Positions 46,176-56,344 are shown, counted from the first letter of the stretch. The stretch is 64,000 bases of DNA from Beijerinckiaceae bacterium (GCA_965246795.1 CBDFFN010000012.1:30742-94741), one strand, 5' to 3'. Translations and numbers: made by a program. The notes: generated by a model from the sequence alone, not told the origin.

Positions 46176-47048
46176 TCAGCGCGCCGCCGCGTAACGCGGC
46201 ACTGCCGAACGTTCCGGCGCGCGCAATGGAACGATCTGCGCGTCTTCGGGCACTTCGTCCGTCACCACCGTGAATTCCACGAGGCGCGCTGCGCCGAACG
46301 AATGCGTGATTGCGCAATCTGCTGCGTCGCGACCACGCGCCATCACGATCCGCCCGATGCGCGGCGTATTGTGCCGGGCGTCGAACGTCCACCAGCGGCC
46401 TTCGAGATAGACTTCGAACCAGGCGCTGAAGTCCATCGGATCGTCGACCGGCGGAATTCCGATGTCCCCGAGATAGCCAGTGCAATAGCGGGCAGGGATG
46501 TTCATCGCACGACAAAGCGTGATTGCAAGATGCGCGAAGTCGCGACAGACCCCAACCCGCTCTTTCACAGAATCGCTGGCGCAACGCGTGTTGCGGGCCT
46601 GCTGGTAGTCGAAGCGGATTGTGGCATTGGCGAAGTCGCAGATCGCCTGCACGCGCGCCCAACCCTCATGGGCATGAAAATTCGTCCAAGCGAGATCGCT
46701 GAGCAGATCGGAATCGCAATAGCGGCTCGGCAGCAGGAATTGCAGCGCATCGTCGGGCAGGTCGTCGATCGGCACCTGTCGCGCGTGCGGGGCTACCTCG
46801 TCGTGAAGACCGCTATCCGAGATCAGGAAATCGTTGGCAAAGGTGATCTGGCCGGCCGGCGCCAGCACGCGCACCATCGAGTTACCGAATGGATCGCGGA
46901 TGGCTCGCGAGGCGATTGGCGGCGTGACCGCCACGATATCGGGCGTCTTTAGATCAGAAATCCGGTCTGGGTGCACGTTCAAGAGGGTCTGGATCGCCGT
47001 CGGTACCGGGCATTCCAGCGTCACGCGATAGCCCGCACGAATAAGCAT
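46176..47048 (-). CDS. Transglutaminase-like family protein (bacterial transglutaminase N-domain plus core)
   Basis: Catalytic Cys motif GVCRDFAHL; core ...AWFEVYL..W..FDARHN; His position appears to be Ser. Confidence 0.75.
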   Translation of the reverse strand: MLIRAGYRVTLECPVPTAIQTLLNVHPDRISDLKTPDIVAVTPPIASRAIRDPFGNSMVRVLAPAGQITFANDFLISDSGLHDEVAPHARQVPIDDLPDDALQFLLPSRYCDSDLLSDLAWTNFHAHEGWARVQAICDFANATIRFDYQQARNTRCASDSVKERVGVCRDFAHLAITLCRAMNIPARYCTGYLGDIGIPPVDDPMDFSAWFEVYLEGRWWTFDARHNTPRIGRIVMARGRDAADCAITHSFGAARLVEFTVVTDEVPEDAQIVPLRAPERSAVPRYAAAR

Positions 47049-47159
47049 GTCTCCGGCCTCAACCTTGAACAGAACCGTACGGGCAACGGCGTTTTTGATC
47101 GATGGTTGCGGTTCAAGCGGCGGAAAGCGCAGGCAAATTAGCTTAAAGAATAGGCGGCT

Positions 47160-48068
47160 TCAGTGCGGGTCGCCGAGGTCGTCCGGCGGCGTGCCGGTGA
47201 AAACGTTGACCTCGACGTCCATCCCAAGATCGTCTTTGGCGTCGCCATAGTAGGTGCCGGAGAGTGGCGTGGCCTGCCGGCTGTCACGCGCCACGGCAAC
47301 CCGGATCAGGTCTCGGCTGCCGACGATCGCGTTCGTCGGGTCGAACTCCACCCACCCCGAGCCCGGCAGATAGACCTGCACCCACGCATGGGTCGAACCG
47401 CCGCCGAGATAACGATCGCCACCTTGATCGCGGTCCGGCACGTAGATGTAGCCGCTGACGAAGCGGGCGGCGAAGCCGAGCGATCGCACCGCCTCCATCA
47501 TCAAGACTGCGAAGTCGCGGCAGGTGCCGCGCCGCGAGGCGAGGGTCGCCAACGGGGCCTGCGTCCCGTTCTCGCTGCGTCGCGCGTAGGCAAAGCCGTC
47601 GCGGATCGCGTGCGTCATCGTCATCAGAAGCGAGCCGGTTTCGATCGAGTGCCCCGGGCGAACGAATTGGCGCGCCCATTGCCCTACGTCGTCGTCGGGG
47701 TCGAGGTACTGCCGCTCGATCGTTCGCGACAGGTCCGGCATCTCTGCGGAATTGTAGACGAAGGGGTAGTTGCGAGCCTCGTCGTCGAGCCGGAAATCCG
47801 GCGCGTTGAACGGCGTGTGATCAAGTGTGATGTTGCTCTCGATCCGCAACATGTCGGACGCGTCGTCGAAATCGACGATCGTGACGCAATTGCCGAAAAC
47901 GTCGTGGATCCAGCGCGATTCCGAAGGGGTCGGCGATATGCGCAGCGACGACCGCAGAAGCCGCTGGTCGTAGCTGTCGCGCGGACGCAAGAGCATCCGG
48001 TGTTCGCCGAAGCGAACAGGGCGCCGGTAGCGATATGTCGTGACGTGGCGGACGGAAAGGACGGTCAC
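47160..48068 (-). CDS. Transglutaminase-like family protein, paralogue of the upstream gene
   Basis: GTCRDFAVL Cys; THAWVQVYLPGSGWVEFDPTN His/Asp core. Confidence 0.75.
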   Translation of the reverse strand: MTVLSVRHVTTYRYRRPVRFGEHRMLLRPRDSYDQRLLRSSLRISPTPSESRWIHDVFGNCVTIVDFDDASDMLRIESNITLDHTPFNAPDFRLDDEARNYPFVYNSAEMPDLSRTIERQYLDPDDDVGQWARQFVRPGHSIETGSLLMTMTHAIRDGFAYARRSENGTQAPLATLASRRGTCRDFAVLMMEAVRSLGFAARFVSGYIYVPDRDQGGDRYLGGGSTHAWVQVYLPGSGWVEFDPTNAIVGSRDLIRVAVARDSRQATPLSGTYYGDAKDDLGMDVEVNVFTGTPPDDLGDPH

Positions 48069-48253
48069 CGCGAACTCTGGCGCACTCTTGGGCCGAACTA
48101 CGCCGGCAGCGCGAAACTAAAGCTGCCGGAGAGTGCAGGTGCAACATACCAAATCGCGATGCAGCAAGAGCGCGGCGACCTGCGGTATTCATGTCACGCC
48201 CAAAACTGGAACGGATTTCGCATCGCAGCGCGGCGGCTTGAGGAGGGGTTCTC

Positions 48254-48529
48254 ATGCACATCGCACGGCTGTTCACGGAGCATCCCGCGTCTCTCGGCGA
48301 GAGTTACGCGCAGCATTCCCGCGTAGCGATGAGTTACGCAATCCCGCTCGCACTCGCCGCAACAGCGGCCGTCGTCCACGCAATTTTCCCGTTTCTGTTC
48401 AAGACGACGGCATCCGACATCATCCGACAGTTGAACACGCGCATGGCGAAGCGCTGCGCGGTGTGCCCCTCCGGGCCACAGCATCGACCGGACCTTTTCC
48501 CGGCTGCGACCACCGTCGACCTGACGTGA
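48254..48529 (+). CDS. Small conserved hypothetical protein, DUF6356-like
   Basis: GAGGAGGGG RBS; MHIARLFTEHPASLGESY N-terminus resembles a conserved alphaproteobacterial family. Confidence 0.45.
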   Translation: MHIARLFTEHPASLGESYAQHSRVAMSYAIPLALAATAAVVHAIFPFLFKTTASDIIRQLNTRMAKRCAVCPSGPQHRPDLFPAATTVDLT

Positions 48530-48541
48530 CCGTGGTAAGCA

Positions 48542-48823
48542 TCACCAGCGACGGCCGAAACGACCCGACCCTGCCACCAGCCGCAAGATCACGAGTAGAA
48601 TAACCGCACCGAGCGTCGCGTTGACAAGCGCGCTGACGATACCGCTGCCGAGATGGATGCCAAGGCGCGGGAAGAGCCAGCTTCCCAGGAAAGCGCCGAG
48701 AATACCGACGATGAGGTCTCCGATCAGACCAAAGCCCGCGCCTCGAACAATGCGACCCGCGAGATAGCCAGCTACGATCCCGACGAGGATGACGACCAGC
48801 AGGCTTTCGTTGGACATGTTCAT
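48542..48823 (-). CDS. GlsB/YeaQ/YmgE-family stress membrane protein
   Basis: About 90 aa with Gly-zipper transmembrane helices (VGIVAGYLAGRIV..GLIGDLIVGILGAFLGSWLF). Confidence 0.7.
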   Translation of the reverse strand: MNMSNESLLVVILVGIVAGYLAGRIVRGAGFGLIGDLIVGILGAFLGSWLFPRLGIHLGSGIVSALVNATLGAVILLVILRLVAGSGRFGRRW

Positions 48824-48922
48824 GATGCGCTCCCGCGCGACGCCGCTGCGCCGCTTGCAAGCTCAACACCGATGAAGCGAAGGCGTTGCATTCCAGATAT
48901 CGCAAACGGCCGGGGGATTAGT

Positions 48923-49012
48923 TGGCGGAAGGGGTGGGATTCGAACCCACGGTGGGCTTGCACCCACGGCGGTTTTCAAGACCGCTGCCTTAAACCACTC
49001 GGCCACCCTTCC
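48923..49012 (-). tRNA. tRNA-Ser (anticodon TGA)
   Basis: Reverse complement GGAAGGGTGGCCGAGTGG...; anticodon loop CTTGAAA; long variable arm; GGTTCGAATCC T-arm; CCA encoded. Confidence 0.85.
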
Positions 49013-49147
49013 GGCTGCGCCCGGACCAACCCGTTGTGCGAGACGAAGCACGCGAGCGCAAGCGTCCATAGCGTTGCGCGCGAAACACGCTGTTCGACAA
49101 TCGGTCGCAGCGCCGTCCGATCGATTGACCCAGGAAAAGGCCGGCAC

Positions 49148-49162
49148 TTAATCTGCGCTTAA
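49148..49162. promoter_or_regulatory. CtrA-like half-consensus box TTAA-N7-TTAA upstream of rlpA
   Basis: TTAATCTGCGCTTAAAG, about 60 bp upstream of the rlpA start. Confidence 0.25.
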
Positions 49163-49221
49163 AGTTTCGGGGAAATGCTCTGACGTCCGCAAGATGCGGT
49201 GCGTCCTGTTGGGGAACACGT

Positions 49222-50157
49222 TTGACCGGATCGTCGCGTCACATCGAAGGCTCGCTGCGGGCGAAAACTTTGGTGCCGGTTCTGTCGCTTTGCGTCGTCG
49301 GACTATTGTCCGGTTGTGCGACCCAGCCGCAGCGCACCGCCGGTAGCTCGTTCGATCCAAAGTACGGCGTTTCCGCCAGCCCGCGTGTCGTTGCCGACGG
49401 CGATTCTGTCCCCAAGGGCGGCGGTAATGCTTTGATCGGCAAGCCCTACACGATCGCCGGCCAGACCTATTACCCGTCGGAGAAATCCTACTCCGCCGTC
49501 GGCCTGGCGTCCTGGTACGGCTCGGCCTTCCACGGGCGTCGCACCGCTAACGGCGAGATTTTCGATCGCATGTCGATCAGCGCTGCGCATCCAACGATGC
49601 CGCTGCCGAGCTACGCGCGTGTCACGAACCTGCGCAATCATCATTCGATTATCGTGCGCGTCAACGACCGCGGCCCCTATCACGCCAACCGCGTGATGGA
49701 CGTGTCGGAGCAGGTTGCGGAGGCCCTCGCATTCAAACGTGTCGGGACCGCAAAGGTGCGTGTCGACTTCGTTGGCAAGGCCTCGATCGCAGGGTCCGAT
49801 GACAACAAGCTGATGGCGACGCTGCGCACCGATGGCGCGCCGGCATCCGTTGGTCGTGACGGCGCCACCTATGTTGCTGGCGCCGAAGAGGCTCCGATGA
49901 TGCCGACGCGTGTTGCCTCGGCGGCACCTGTCGCAATCCCGGCTCAAACGGCTTCGGATGCCGACGACGAACCGGCATTCGCCGGAACTCGCTCGCGCAA
50001 CCTCGCGAGCGCGCCGCTGCCGCCGTCCCGGCCTTTCGACCTCGGTACGATCCCCGGCGCCGCGACACCGATCGCCGCATCGCGCGTCACCGCCGGCCGT
50101 TCCGACGTCCGCTCAATGCAGGCGATGATGCGCAGCGACGACCGCGCTCGCCGATAA
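49222..50157 (+). CDS. rlpA: Septal ring lytic transglycosylase RlpA-family lipoprotein
   Basis: Lipobox LLSGC; DPBB domain (GLASWYGSAFHGRRTANGEIFD...ARVTNLRN..S..VRVNDRGPY); Ala/Pro-rich tail; start codon uncertain. Confidence 0.8.
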   Translation: MTGSSRHIEGSLRAKTLVPVLSLCVVGLLSGCATQPQRTAGSSFDPKYGVSASPRVVADGDSVPKGGGNALIGKPYTIAGQTYYPSEKSYSAVGLASWYGSAFHGRRTANGEIFDRMSISAAHPTMPLPSYARVTNLRNHHSIIVRVNDRGPYHANRVMDVSEQVAEALAFKRVGTAKVRVDFVGKASIAGSDDNKLMATLRTDGAPASVGRDGATYVAGAEEAPMMPTRVASAAPVAIPAQTASDADDEPAFAGTRSRNLASAPLPPSRPFDLGTIPGAATPIAASRVTAGRSDVRSMQAMMRSDDRARR

Positions 50158-50229
50158 GCGCAGGTCGCGCTTGCTTTCGCTCGCCGGCCAGCGTCACCAT
50201 CGCTGGATGAAACAGGACGGGCAGGGGCG

Positions 50230-51396
50230 ATGATCCGGCACGCTATCGCGGGCGGATTCGTCTGCCTTCTCGCTTCATCACTTCATGCGCAGCAGACCGT
50301 TTCGACGTCCTGCGCCAACGCGATCCTCATGGATGCAGAAACGCGCTCTGTTCTCCTCGAAAAGGATGCGGATGCGCTGGAATCGCCAGCATCGCTTGCA
50401 AAGGTGATGACGGCGGAGGTCGTGTTCCGTCAGATTGCCGAGGGAAAGCTTCGTCTCGACGACACGTTCGAGATTTCCGAACACGCCTGGCGCACCGGCG
50501 GCGCATCGGCCGGCGGCTCGGCCATGTTCGCGCAACTGAAGTCGAGGGTGCGCGTCGAAGACCTCATCCGCGGGCTTGTCATTCAATCCGGCAACGATGC
50601 GGCGATCGCGCTGGCGGAAGGCGTCGCGGGCTCGGAGGAAGCGTTTGCGCGCATCATGACGGCGCGGGCACGCGAAATCGGCCTGACGCAATCGCGTTTC
50701 GCAAACCCTTGGGGGAAGGGCGATCCCGAGCAGAAGGTGACGGCACGCGAGATGGCGCTGCTGTCCGACTACATCGTGCGCACCTATCCCGACCTCTACA
50801 AATATTTCGGCGAGAAGGAGTTCACCTGGAACAAGATCCGCCAGATGAACCGCAATCCGCTGCTGTTCACCGACATCGGCGCGGATGGGCTCAAGACCGG
50901 CAACATCGCGGAATCCGGCTTCGGCCTGATCGGATCGGCGGTGCAGAACGGACAGCGGCTGTACGTGGTGCTCAACAATTGCAAAAGCGCAAAAGACCGC
51001 GCCGAAGATGGCCGCAAGCTTCTCGTCTGGGGACTGCGCAGCTTCGACAAGAAGGCGATCTTTGCCGCCGGCGAGACGATAGGCGCTGCGAAGGTGTTCG
51101 GCGGTGATCGCAGCGAGGTGACGCTGATCGCCGACAAAGCCGTCACTCTTTTTACGCCGCGCGGATCAAATGAGAAACTGACGGGCAAGGTCGTGTACGA
51201 CGGGCCGATCCCCGCGCCGGTCGAGAAGGGCGCGAAGATCGCGTCGCTGAAAATCTGGCGCGGCGCGAGCCTCGTCTACGAGACGCCGCTGCGTGCCGCC
51301 ACGGACGTGCCGCAAGGCACGCTAAGCCGCCGGGCGCTGGACGCCGGAATGGAATACGGCACGGGACTGGTGCGGCACTACATCCTGCGGAAATGA
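50230..51396 (+). CDS. D-alanyl-D-alanine carboxypeptidase, PBP5/DacA-like
   Basis: SxxK (SLAKVMT), SGN (QSGND) and KTG motifs; signal peptide. Confidence 0.85.
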   Translation: MIRHAIAGGFVCLLASSLHAQQTVSTSCANAILMDAETRSVLLEKDADALESPASLAKVMTAEVVFRQIAEGKLRLDDTFEISEHAWRTGGASAGGSAMFAQLKSRVRVEDLIRGLVIQSGNDAAIALAEGVAGSEEAFARIMTARAREIGLTQSRFANPWGKGDPEQKVTAREMALLSDYIVRTYPDLYKYFGEKEFTWNKIRQMNRNPLLFTDIGADGLKTGNIAESGFGLIGSAVQNGQRLYVVLNNCKSAKDRAEDGRKLLVWGLRSFDKKAIFAAGETIGAAKVFGGDRSEVTLIADKAVTLFTPRGSNEKLTGKVVYDGPIPAPVEKGAKIASLKIWRGASLVYETPLRAATDVPQGTLSRRALDAGMEYGTGLVRHYILRK

Positions 51397-52052
51397 GCGA
51401 GCATCCAGGCCGACTGATCACGTTCGAGGGCGGGGAAGGGGCGGGCAAATCGACCCAGGTCCGGCTGCTCGCGGATCGCCTTGCGGCGCATGGAATCGCG
51501 GCGCTCCCGACACGCGAGCCGGGCGGCTCGCCGCATGCCGAGGCCTTGCGGGAAGTTTTGTTGTCGGGCCTTGCGGCATCGCTTGGGCCTAAGGGGGAGG
51601 CGGTGCTTTTCACTGCGGCCCGTATCGATCATGTCGACAAGACGATTTTGCCGGCGCTTGCGGCCGGCAAGTTCGTGCTCTGCGACCGCTTCATCGACTC
51701 GACACTGGCCTATCAGGGCGCGTTGGGGCAGGTGCCTGGCGGTATGATCGCGGCACTCGAACGCGTCGCGATCGGCGAACGCCGGCCCGATCTCACCGTG
51801 TTGATCGACGTGCCGCCCGACGTCGGGCTTGCGCGCGCCGCGCGCCGGCGCGGTCGCGGTGCAGCCGACCGTTTCGAACGCGAGGACGGCACGTTTCACA
51901 GGGATCTGCGCGAGGCCTATCGCGGCATTGCGGAAGCCGAGCCTGCGCGCTTCCTCATTGTCGACGGAACGCTCGACGAGCGCGCGATCGCCGACGCGAT
52001 CTGGGTCGAGATCATGCGCCGCTTTACCATCGCAGCCGAGCACGCGGCTTGA
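51393..52052 (+). CDS. tmk: Thymidylate kinase
   Basis: P-loop FEGGEGAGKST; DRF motif (CDRFIDST). Confidence 0.9.
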   Translation: MSEHPGRLITFEGGEGAGKSTQVRLLADRLAAHGIAALPTREPGGSPHAEALREVLLSGLAASLGPKGEAVLFTAARIDHVDKTILPALAAGKFVLCDRFIDSTLAYQGALGQVPGGMIAALERVAIGERRPDLTVLIDVPPDVGLARAARRRGRGAADRFEREDGTFHRDLREAYRGIAEAEPARFLIVDGTLDERAIADAIWVEIMRRFTIAAEHAA

Positions 52053-53125
52053 AAGCGCCGCGCGGCAAGGCGGCCGAAGCGCCACCCGAAAGCGACCGGC
52101 ATCCGCTTGCGCCGCATCCGCGCGAGCAGGCGGCGCTCTTCGGTCACGACGCAGCGGAGCGCACGCTGCTCGACGCTTATCGATCGGGCCGCTTTCCGCA
52201 CGCCTGGATTTTTGGCGGACGGCCTGGGATCGGTAAAGCGACGTTGGCTTGGAGGCTGGCGCGCTTTCTCGCCGCCAACCCCGATCCACAGACGCGCGAT
52301 GTCCTCGAAGCCCAAACACTCGCTGTCTCGCCTGACAGCGCCGCCGCACGAACGATCGCATCCCTCGCCGCGCCGAACATCGCGCTGCTGCGCCGCGAAT
52401 GGAACACCAAGATTTCGCCCCCCAAACACTACGGTGTCATCCGCGTCGACGAGGTGCGCGAAGCCTCGAAACGATTTCGGCTCTCGGCGGTCGGCGGCGG
52501 CTGGCGCATTGCCATCATCGACACGGCCGACGATCTTCATCCATCGGCGGCGAATGCGCTGCTGAAACTCATCGAGGAGCCGCCGTCGCGTTCGCTCTTC
52601 CTGCTGATCTCGCATCAACCAGGACGGCTGCTGCCGACGATCCGATCGCGCTGCCGCCGTCTTATTCTGTCGCCGCTGGGCGCGGATGAGATGGGAAAGA
52701 CGCTTGCTTCGCTTGGCGTTGAAGTCAACGACGCGCTACTTGTGCGCGCACGCGGCTCCGTCGGCGACGCGATTTCCCTGTCGGCTGCCGACGGCGGTGC
52801 GCGCATCGCGAGCGATGTCGAGCGCATGTTGCAGCGCCTGCCCGGCATCGACTGGCGGGAGGTGGCGACTCTCGCCGACCGCGTGTCGCCGCCGCGTGCC
52901 GATGCAGAGTTCGAAGGGTTTGTCGGCGCCGTTTTCCACTACCTGCAGGATGAGGTGCGGCGACATGCGGGCGAAGGGACGCAGCGCCTTGCGCCACTGG
53001 CACAGGTATGGGAACAGTTCGACGCGGCCGCGCGCGCGACCGATACGCTCAATCTCGACAAACGGGCGCTTGTCCTGAACCTGTTCGAGGACCTGGGCGC
53101 CGCATCGGCTGCCGCGAACCGCTAA
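52049..53125 (+). CDS. holB: DNA polymerase III subunit delta-prime
   Basis: AAA-like GRPGIGKATLA; clamp-loader length; conserved position after tmk. Confidence 0.85.
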   Translation: MKAPRGKAAEAPPESDRHPLAPHPREQAALFGHDAAERTLLDAYRSGRFPHAWIFGGRPGIGKATLAWRLARFLAANPDPQTRDVLEAQTLAVSPDSAAARTIASLAAPNIALLRREWNTKISPPKHYGVIRVDEVREASKRFRLSAVGGGWRIAIIDTADDLHPSAANALLKLIEEPPSRSLFLLISHQPGRLLPTIRSRCRRLILSPLGADEMGKTLASLGVEVNDALLVRARGSVGDAISLSAADGGARIASDVERMLQRLPGIDWREVATLADRVSPPRADAEFEGFVGAVFHYLQDEVRRHAGEGTQRLAPLAQVWEQFDAAARATDTLNLDKRALVLNLFEDLGAASAAANR

Positions 53126-53176
53126 TCGACAAAGTCCCGTCCGCGGGCATTTGGACCCGCATTTGCGGGAGATGCG

Positions 53177-54754
53177 ATGAGCACCCGCGACACACTTCTG
53201 ATCTCGACGGCCATTCCTTACGCCAACGGCGCGCCGCATATCGGTCACGCTTACGAGCGGATCGCGACCGACGCGATCGCCCGCTTCCACCGGCTCGACG
53301 GCCGCGACGTGTTGTTCGTCACCGGCATGGACGAGCACGGGCTGAAAGTGCAGCAGACCGCACAGCGCGAGGGAATTTCGCCGCACGATTTCGTCGATCG
53401 CATCGCTGAAGCGTTTCGCGAACTCGGCGATGTGCTCGAGTCGCCGACGGACGATTTCGTCCGAACCACTGAGGCGCGTCATGCCCGCGCGTCGCAGGCA
53501 CTGTGGGAGCGGATGGCCGCTGCCGGCGACATCTACCTCGACACCTATGCCGGCTGGTATTCCGTTCGCGACGAAGCCTATTTCGACGAGAGCGAACTGA
53601 CGGACGCGCCCGACGGCACGCGCCGTGCGCCGACCGGCGCGCCGGTGCAATGGGTCCAGGAATCTTCCTACTTCTTCAGGCTGTCGAAATACGCCGACAA
53701 ATTGCTCGCGCTCTACGAGTTGCGGCCCGACTTCATCGTCCCCGAGCATTACCGGAACGAGATCGTCGCGTTCGTTAAGCGGGGGCTTTCCGACCTATCG
53801 ATCTCGCGCACGACGTTCGATTGGGGCGTGCCGGTGCCGGGCGATCCCAAGCACGTCATGTACGTGTGGGTCGATGCGCTGACGAATTACATCACCGCGG
53901 CCGGCTTTCCGGATGCAGAAGCGCCGACCGCAAAGTACTGGACGCCCGACGAAGCCGGGCATCGCGTGGTTCACGTCATCGGCAAGGACATCACGCGCTT
54001 CCACGCGATCTACTGGCCGGCCTTTCTCATGTCTGCGGGCGTGCCGTTGCCGTCGCAAATCGTTGTCCACGGCTTCCTGTTCAACCGCGGGGAGAAGATG
54101 TCGAAGTCGGTCGGCAACGTCATCGATCCCTCGGGTCTGGCGAACACCTACGGCATCGATCCGCTGCGCTATTTCCTCCTGCGCGAGACGCCGTTCGGGC
54201 AGGATGGCTCCTACTCGCATGAAGCCATCGTCGCGCGGATCAACGCCGATCTCGCGAACGATCTCGGCAATCTCGCGCAGCGCTCGCTATCCATGATCGC
54301 GAAAAACTGCGGTGCCGCGATGCCGGGCCGCGGCCCTCTGACGGCGGCGGACGAAGCGATCCTCGCGGAAGCGCGCGGCATTGGCACGAAAGCGCGGGCG
54401 GCGATGAAGGGCTTTGCGCTGCATGCCGTGCTGGCCGAAATCTGGCGCGTGGTCGCGGAGGCGAACCGCTATTTCGCGGGGCAGGAGCCCTGGATGCTTC
54501 GCAAATCCGATCCGGCGCGGATGGCGACCGTGTTGGCCGTGACAGCCGACGTGTTGCGCCATGTCGCGATCTGGACGCAGCCTTTCATGCCGGGAAAGAT
54601 GAGCGGACTGCTCGATGCGCTCGGCGTTGCCGACGGCGATCGGACCTTCGCTGCGACGGCGAGCGAGGGCGTCGCATCGGGGACGCCGCTACCTCCGCCG
54701 GTCGGTCTCTTCCCGCGCTTCGTCGAGGACGAGCCGGTCGCGCAAAAGGCTTGA
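53177..54754 (+). CDS. metG: Methionine--tRNA ligase, short form
   Basis: HIGH (PYANGAPHIGHAYE) and KMSKS motifs. Confidence 0.95.
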   Translation: MSTRDTLLISTAIPYANGAPHIGHAYERIATDAIARFHRLDGRDVLFVTGMDEHGLKVQQTAQREGISPHDFVDRIAEAFRELGDVLESPTDDFVRTTEARHARASQALWERMAAAGDIYLDTYAGWYSVRDEAYFDESELTDAPDGTRRAPTGAPVQWVQESSYFFRLSKYADKLLALYELRPDFIVPEHYRNEIVAFVKRGLSDLSISRTTFDWGVPVPGDPKHVMYVWVDALTNYITAAGFPDAEAPTAKYWTPDEAGHRVVHVIGKDITRFHAIYWPAFLMSAGVPLPSQIVVHGFLFNRGEKMSKSVGNVIDPSGLANTYGIDPLRYFLLRETPFGQDGSYSHEAIVARINADLANDLGNLAQRSLSMIAKNCGAAMPGRGPLTAADEAILAEARGIGTKARAAMKGFALHAVLAEIWRVVAEANRYFAGQEPWMLRKSDPARMATVLAVTADVLRHVAIWTQPFMPGKMSGLLDALGVADGDRTFAATASEGVASGTPLPPPVGLFPRFVEDEPVAQKA

Positions 54755-54757
54755 GCC

Positions 54758-55550
54758 CATGCTCATCGACTCGCACTGCCACCTCGACTTTCCTGAGCTG
54801 GAGGCCGACCGCGTCGGCGTACTGGCCCGCGCGCGGGCGGCCGGTGTCGCGCGCATGATCACGATCTCGACGCGGATCGACCGATACGACGCCTATCGCG
54901 CTATCGCCGAAGCCGAGCTGGACGTCTTCTTCACGATCGGCACACATCCGCATCAGGCGCACGACTCGCCAGAAGCGAGCGTCGAGGAACTCATGGTGTT
55001 GGCGGCGCATCCCAAATGCGTTGGGATCGGCGAGGCGGGCCTCGATTACCACTATGACAAGGCGCCGCGTAACGTCGCGGCACGCGTCTTTCGCACGCAT
55101 ATCGCAGCGGCCCGCGCGACCGGCCTGCCGCTCGTCATCCACGCACGCGATGCCGACGCCGACGTCGCGGCCATCCTGGAAGACGAGATGGGGAAGGGGC
55201 CGTTCACGGCAGTTCTACACTGCTTCACGGCCTCGCGGACGTTGGCGGAGGCCGGCATCCGTTTGGGGCTCTACGTGTCGTTTTCCGGCGTCATCACCTT
55301 CAAGAATTCGGAGGAGCTACGCGCCATAGCCCGCGAACTGCCGCTAGATCGGCTTCTGGTTGAGACCGATGCGCCGTTTCTTGCTCCGGCTCCTTATCGC
55401 GGTAAGCGCAACGAACCAGCCTTCGTTGCGGAAACCGCAAAAGTGCTGGCGGGCGTTCGTGGGATAGATTCCTCGGAGTTCTCACGAGTTACATCGAAGA
55501 ACGTCCTGACACTATTCTCTAAAATGCCGTCTGCCTCATACGCCGCATGA
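54758..55550 (+). CDS. tatD: TatD-family metal-dependent hydrolase
   Basis: MLIDSHCHLDF N-terminus; GEAGLDYHY; TDAPFLAP. Confidence 0.85.
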
Positions 55551-56344
55551 CCCTCAGGCTTACTATTCTTGGCTGCGGATCGTCCGGCGGCGTTCCGCGC
55601 GTCGGGCCATCCGGTTGGGGCGCCTGCGATCCGGATGAACCGCGAAATCGCCGCCGCCGATGCGCTGTCCTAGTCGAACGGATCGCTCCGGAGGGCCGCA
55701 CGGTCGTCCTTGTGGACGCCGGCCCGGACATCCGCGAACAGCTCCTCGACGCCGGCGTCGCCCGGCTTGACGCGATCCTGATGACCCATGCGCATGCGGA
55801 CCATCTTCACGGCATCGACGATGTCCGGCCGCTGGTCATCAGCATGCGGCGGCGCATTCCGATGTATATGGATGGCCCAACGGCGGCCGAGGTCCACGCC
55901 AAGTTCGGCTACGTCATCGAGACACCGCCGGGCAGCCAGTATCCGCCGCTGGTCGACGAGCAACGTCTGACGCCGGGTATCCCGGTCCGGATCGACGGCC
56001 CAGGCGGACCGATCGAGGCTTTACCGCTTCGCTTCGAGCATGGCGACATCGATGCCCTCGGGTTTCGCTTCGGCAACGTCCTGTATTCGCCCGACCTTAG
56101 CTCCGTCCCACCGGAAACTGAGTATGGCCTCGCGGGGCTCGATGTCTGGATCATCGATGCGCTGCGCTACACACCACATCCCAGCCACATCACGGTCGCG
56201 CGGGCGCTCGAACTTGTCGACAAGTTTGGCAGTCGGCGCGCCGTCCTCACGAACCTGCACACCGATCTCGACTACGCGAGGCTCAGTGCAGAGGTGCCGA
56301 CCGCCGTCGCGGTGGCGTCCGACGGCATGACATTAGAAATCTAG
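55547..56344 (+). CDS. MBL-fold metallo-hydrolase, PhnP-like
   Basis: ILGCGSSGGVPR...; HAHADH motif (THAHADHLHGIDD). Confidence 0.75.
   Translation: MTLRLTILGCGSSGGVPRVGPSGWGACDPDEPRNRRRRCAVLVERIAPEGRTVVLVDAGPDIREQLLDAGVARLDAILMTHAHADHLHGIDDVRPLVISMRRRIPMYMDGPTAAEVHAKFGYVIETPPGSQYPPLVDEQRLTPGIPVRIDGPGGPIEALPLRFEHGDIDALGFRFGNVLYSPDLSSVPPETEYGLAGLDVWIIDALRYTPHPSHITVARALELVDKFGSRRAVLTNLHTDLDYARLSAEVPTAVAVASDGMTLEI

Noticed and set aside
45550-46662. 370-aa minus-strand ORF
   Set aside because: Overlaps the MFS, PaaI and transglutaminase genes in antisense; low complexity.
51378-53749. Several 230-340-aa minus-strand ORFs across tmk, holB and metG
   Set aside because: Antisense to strongly supported housekeeping genes.
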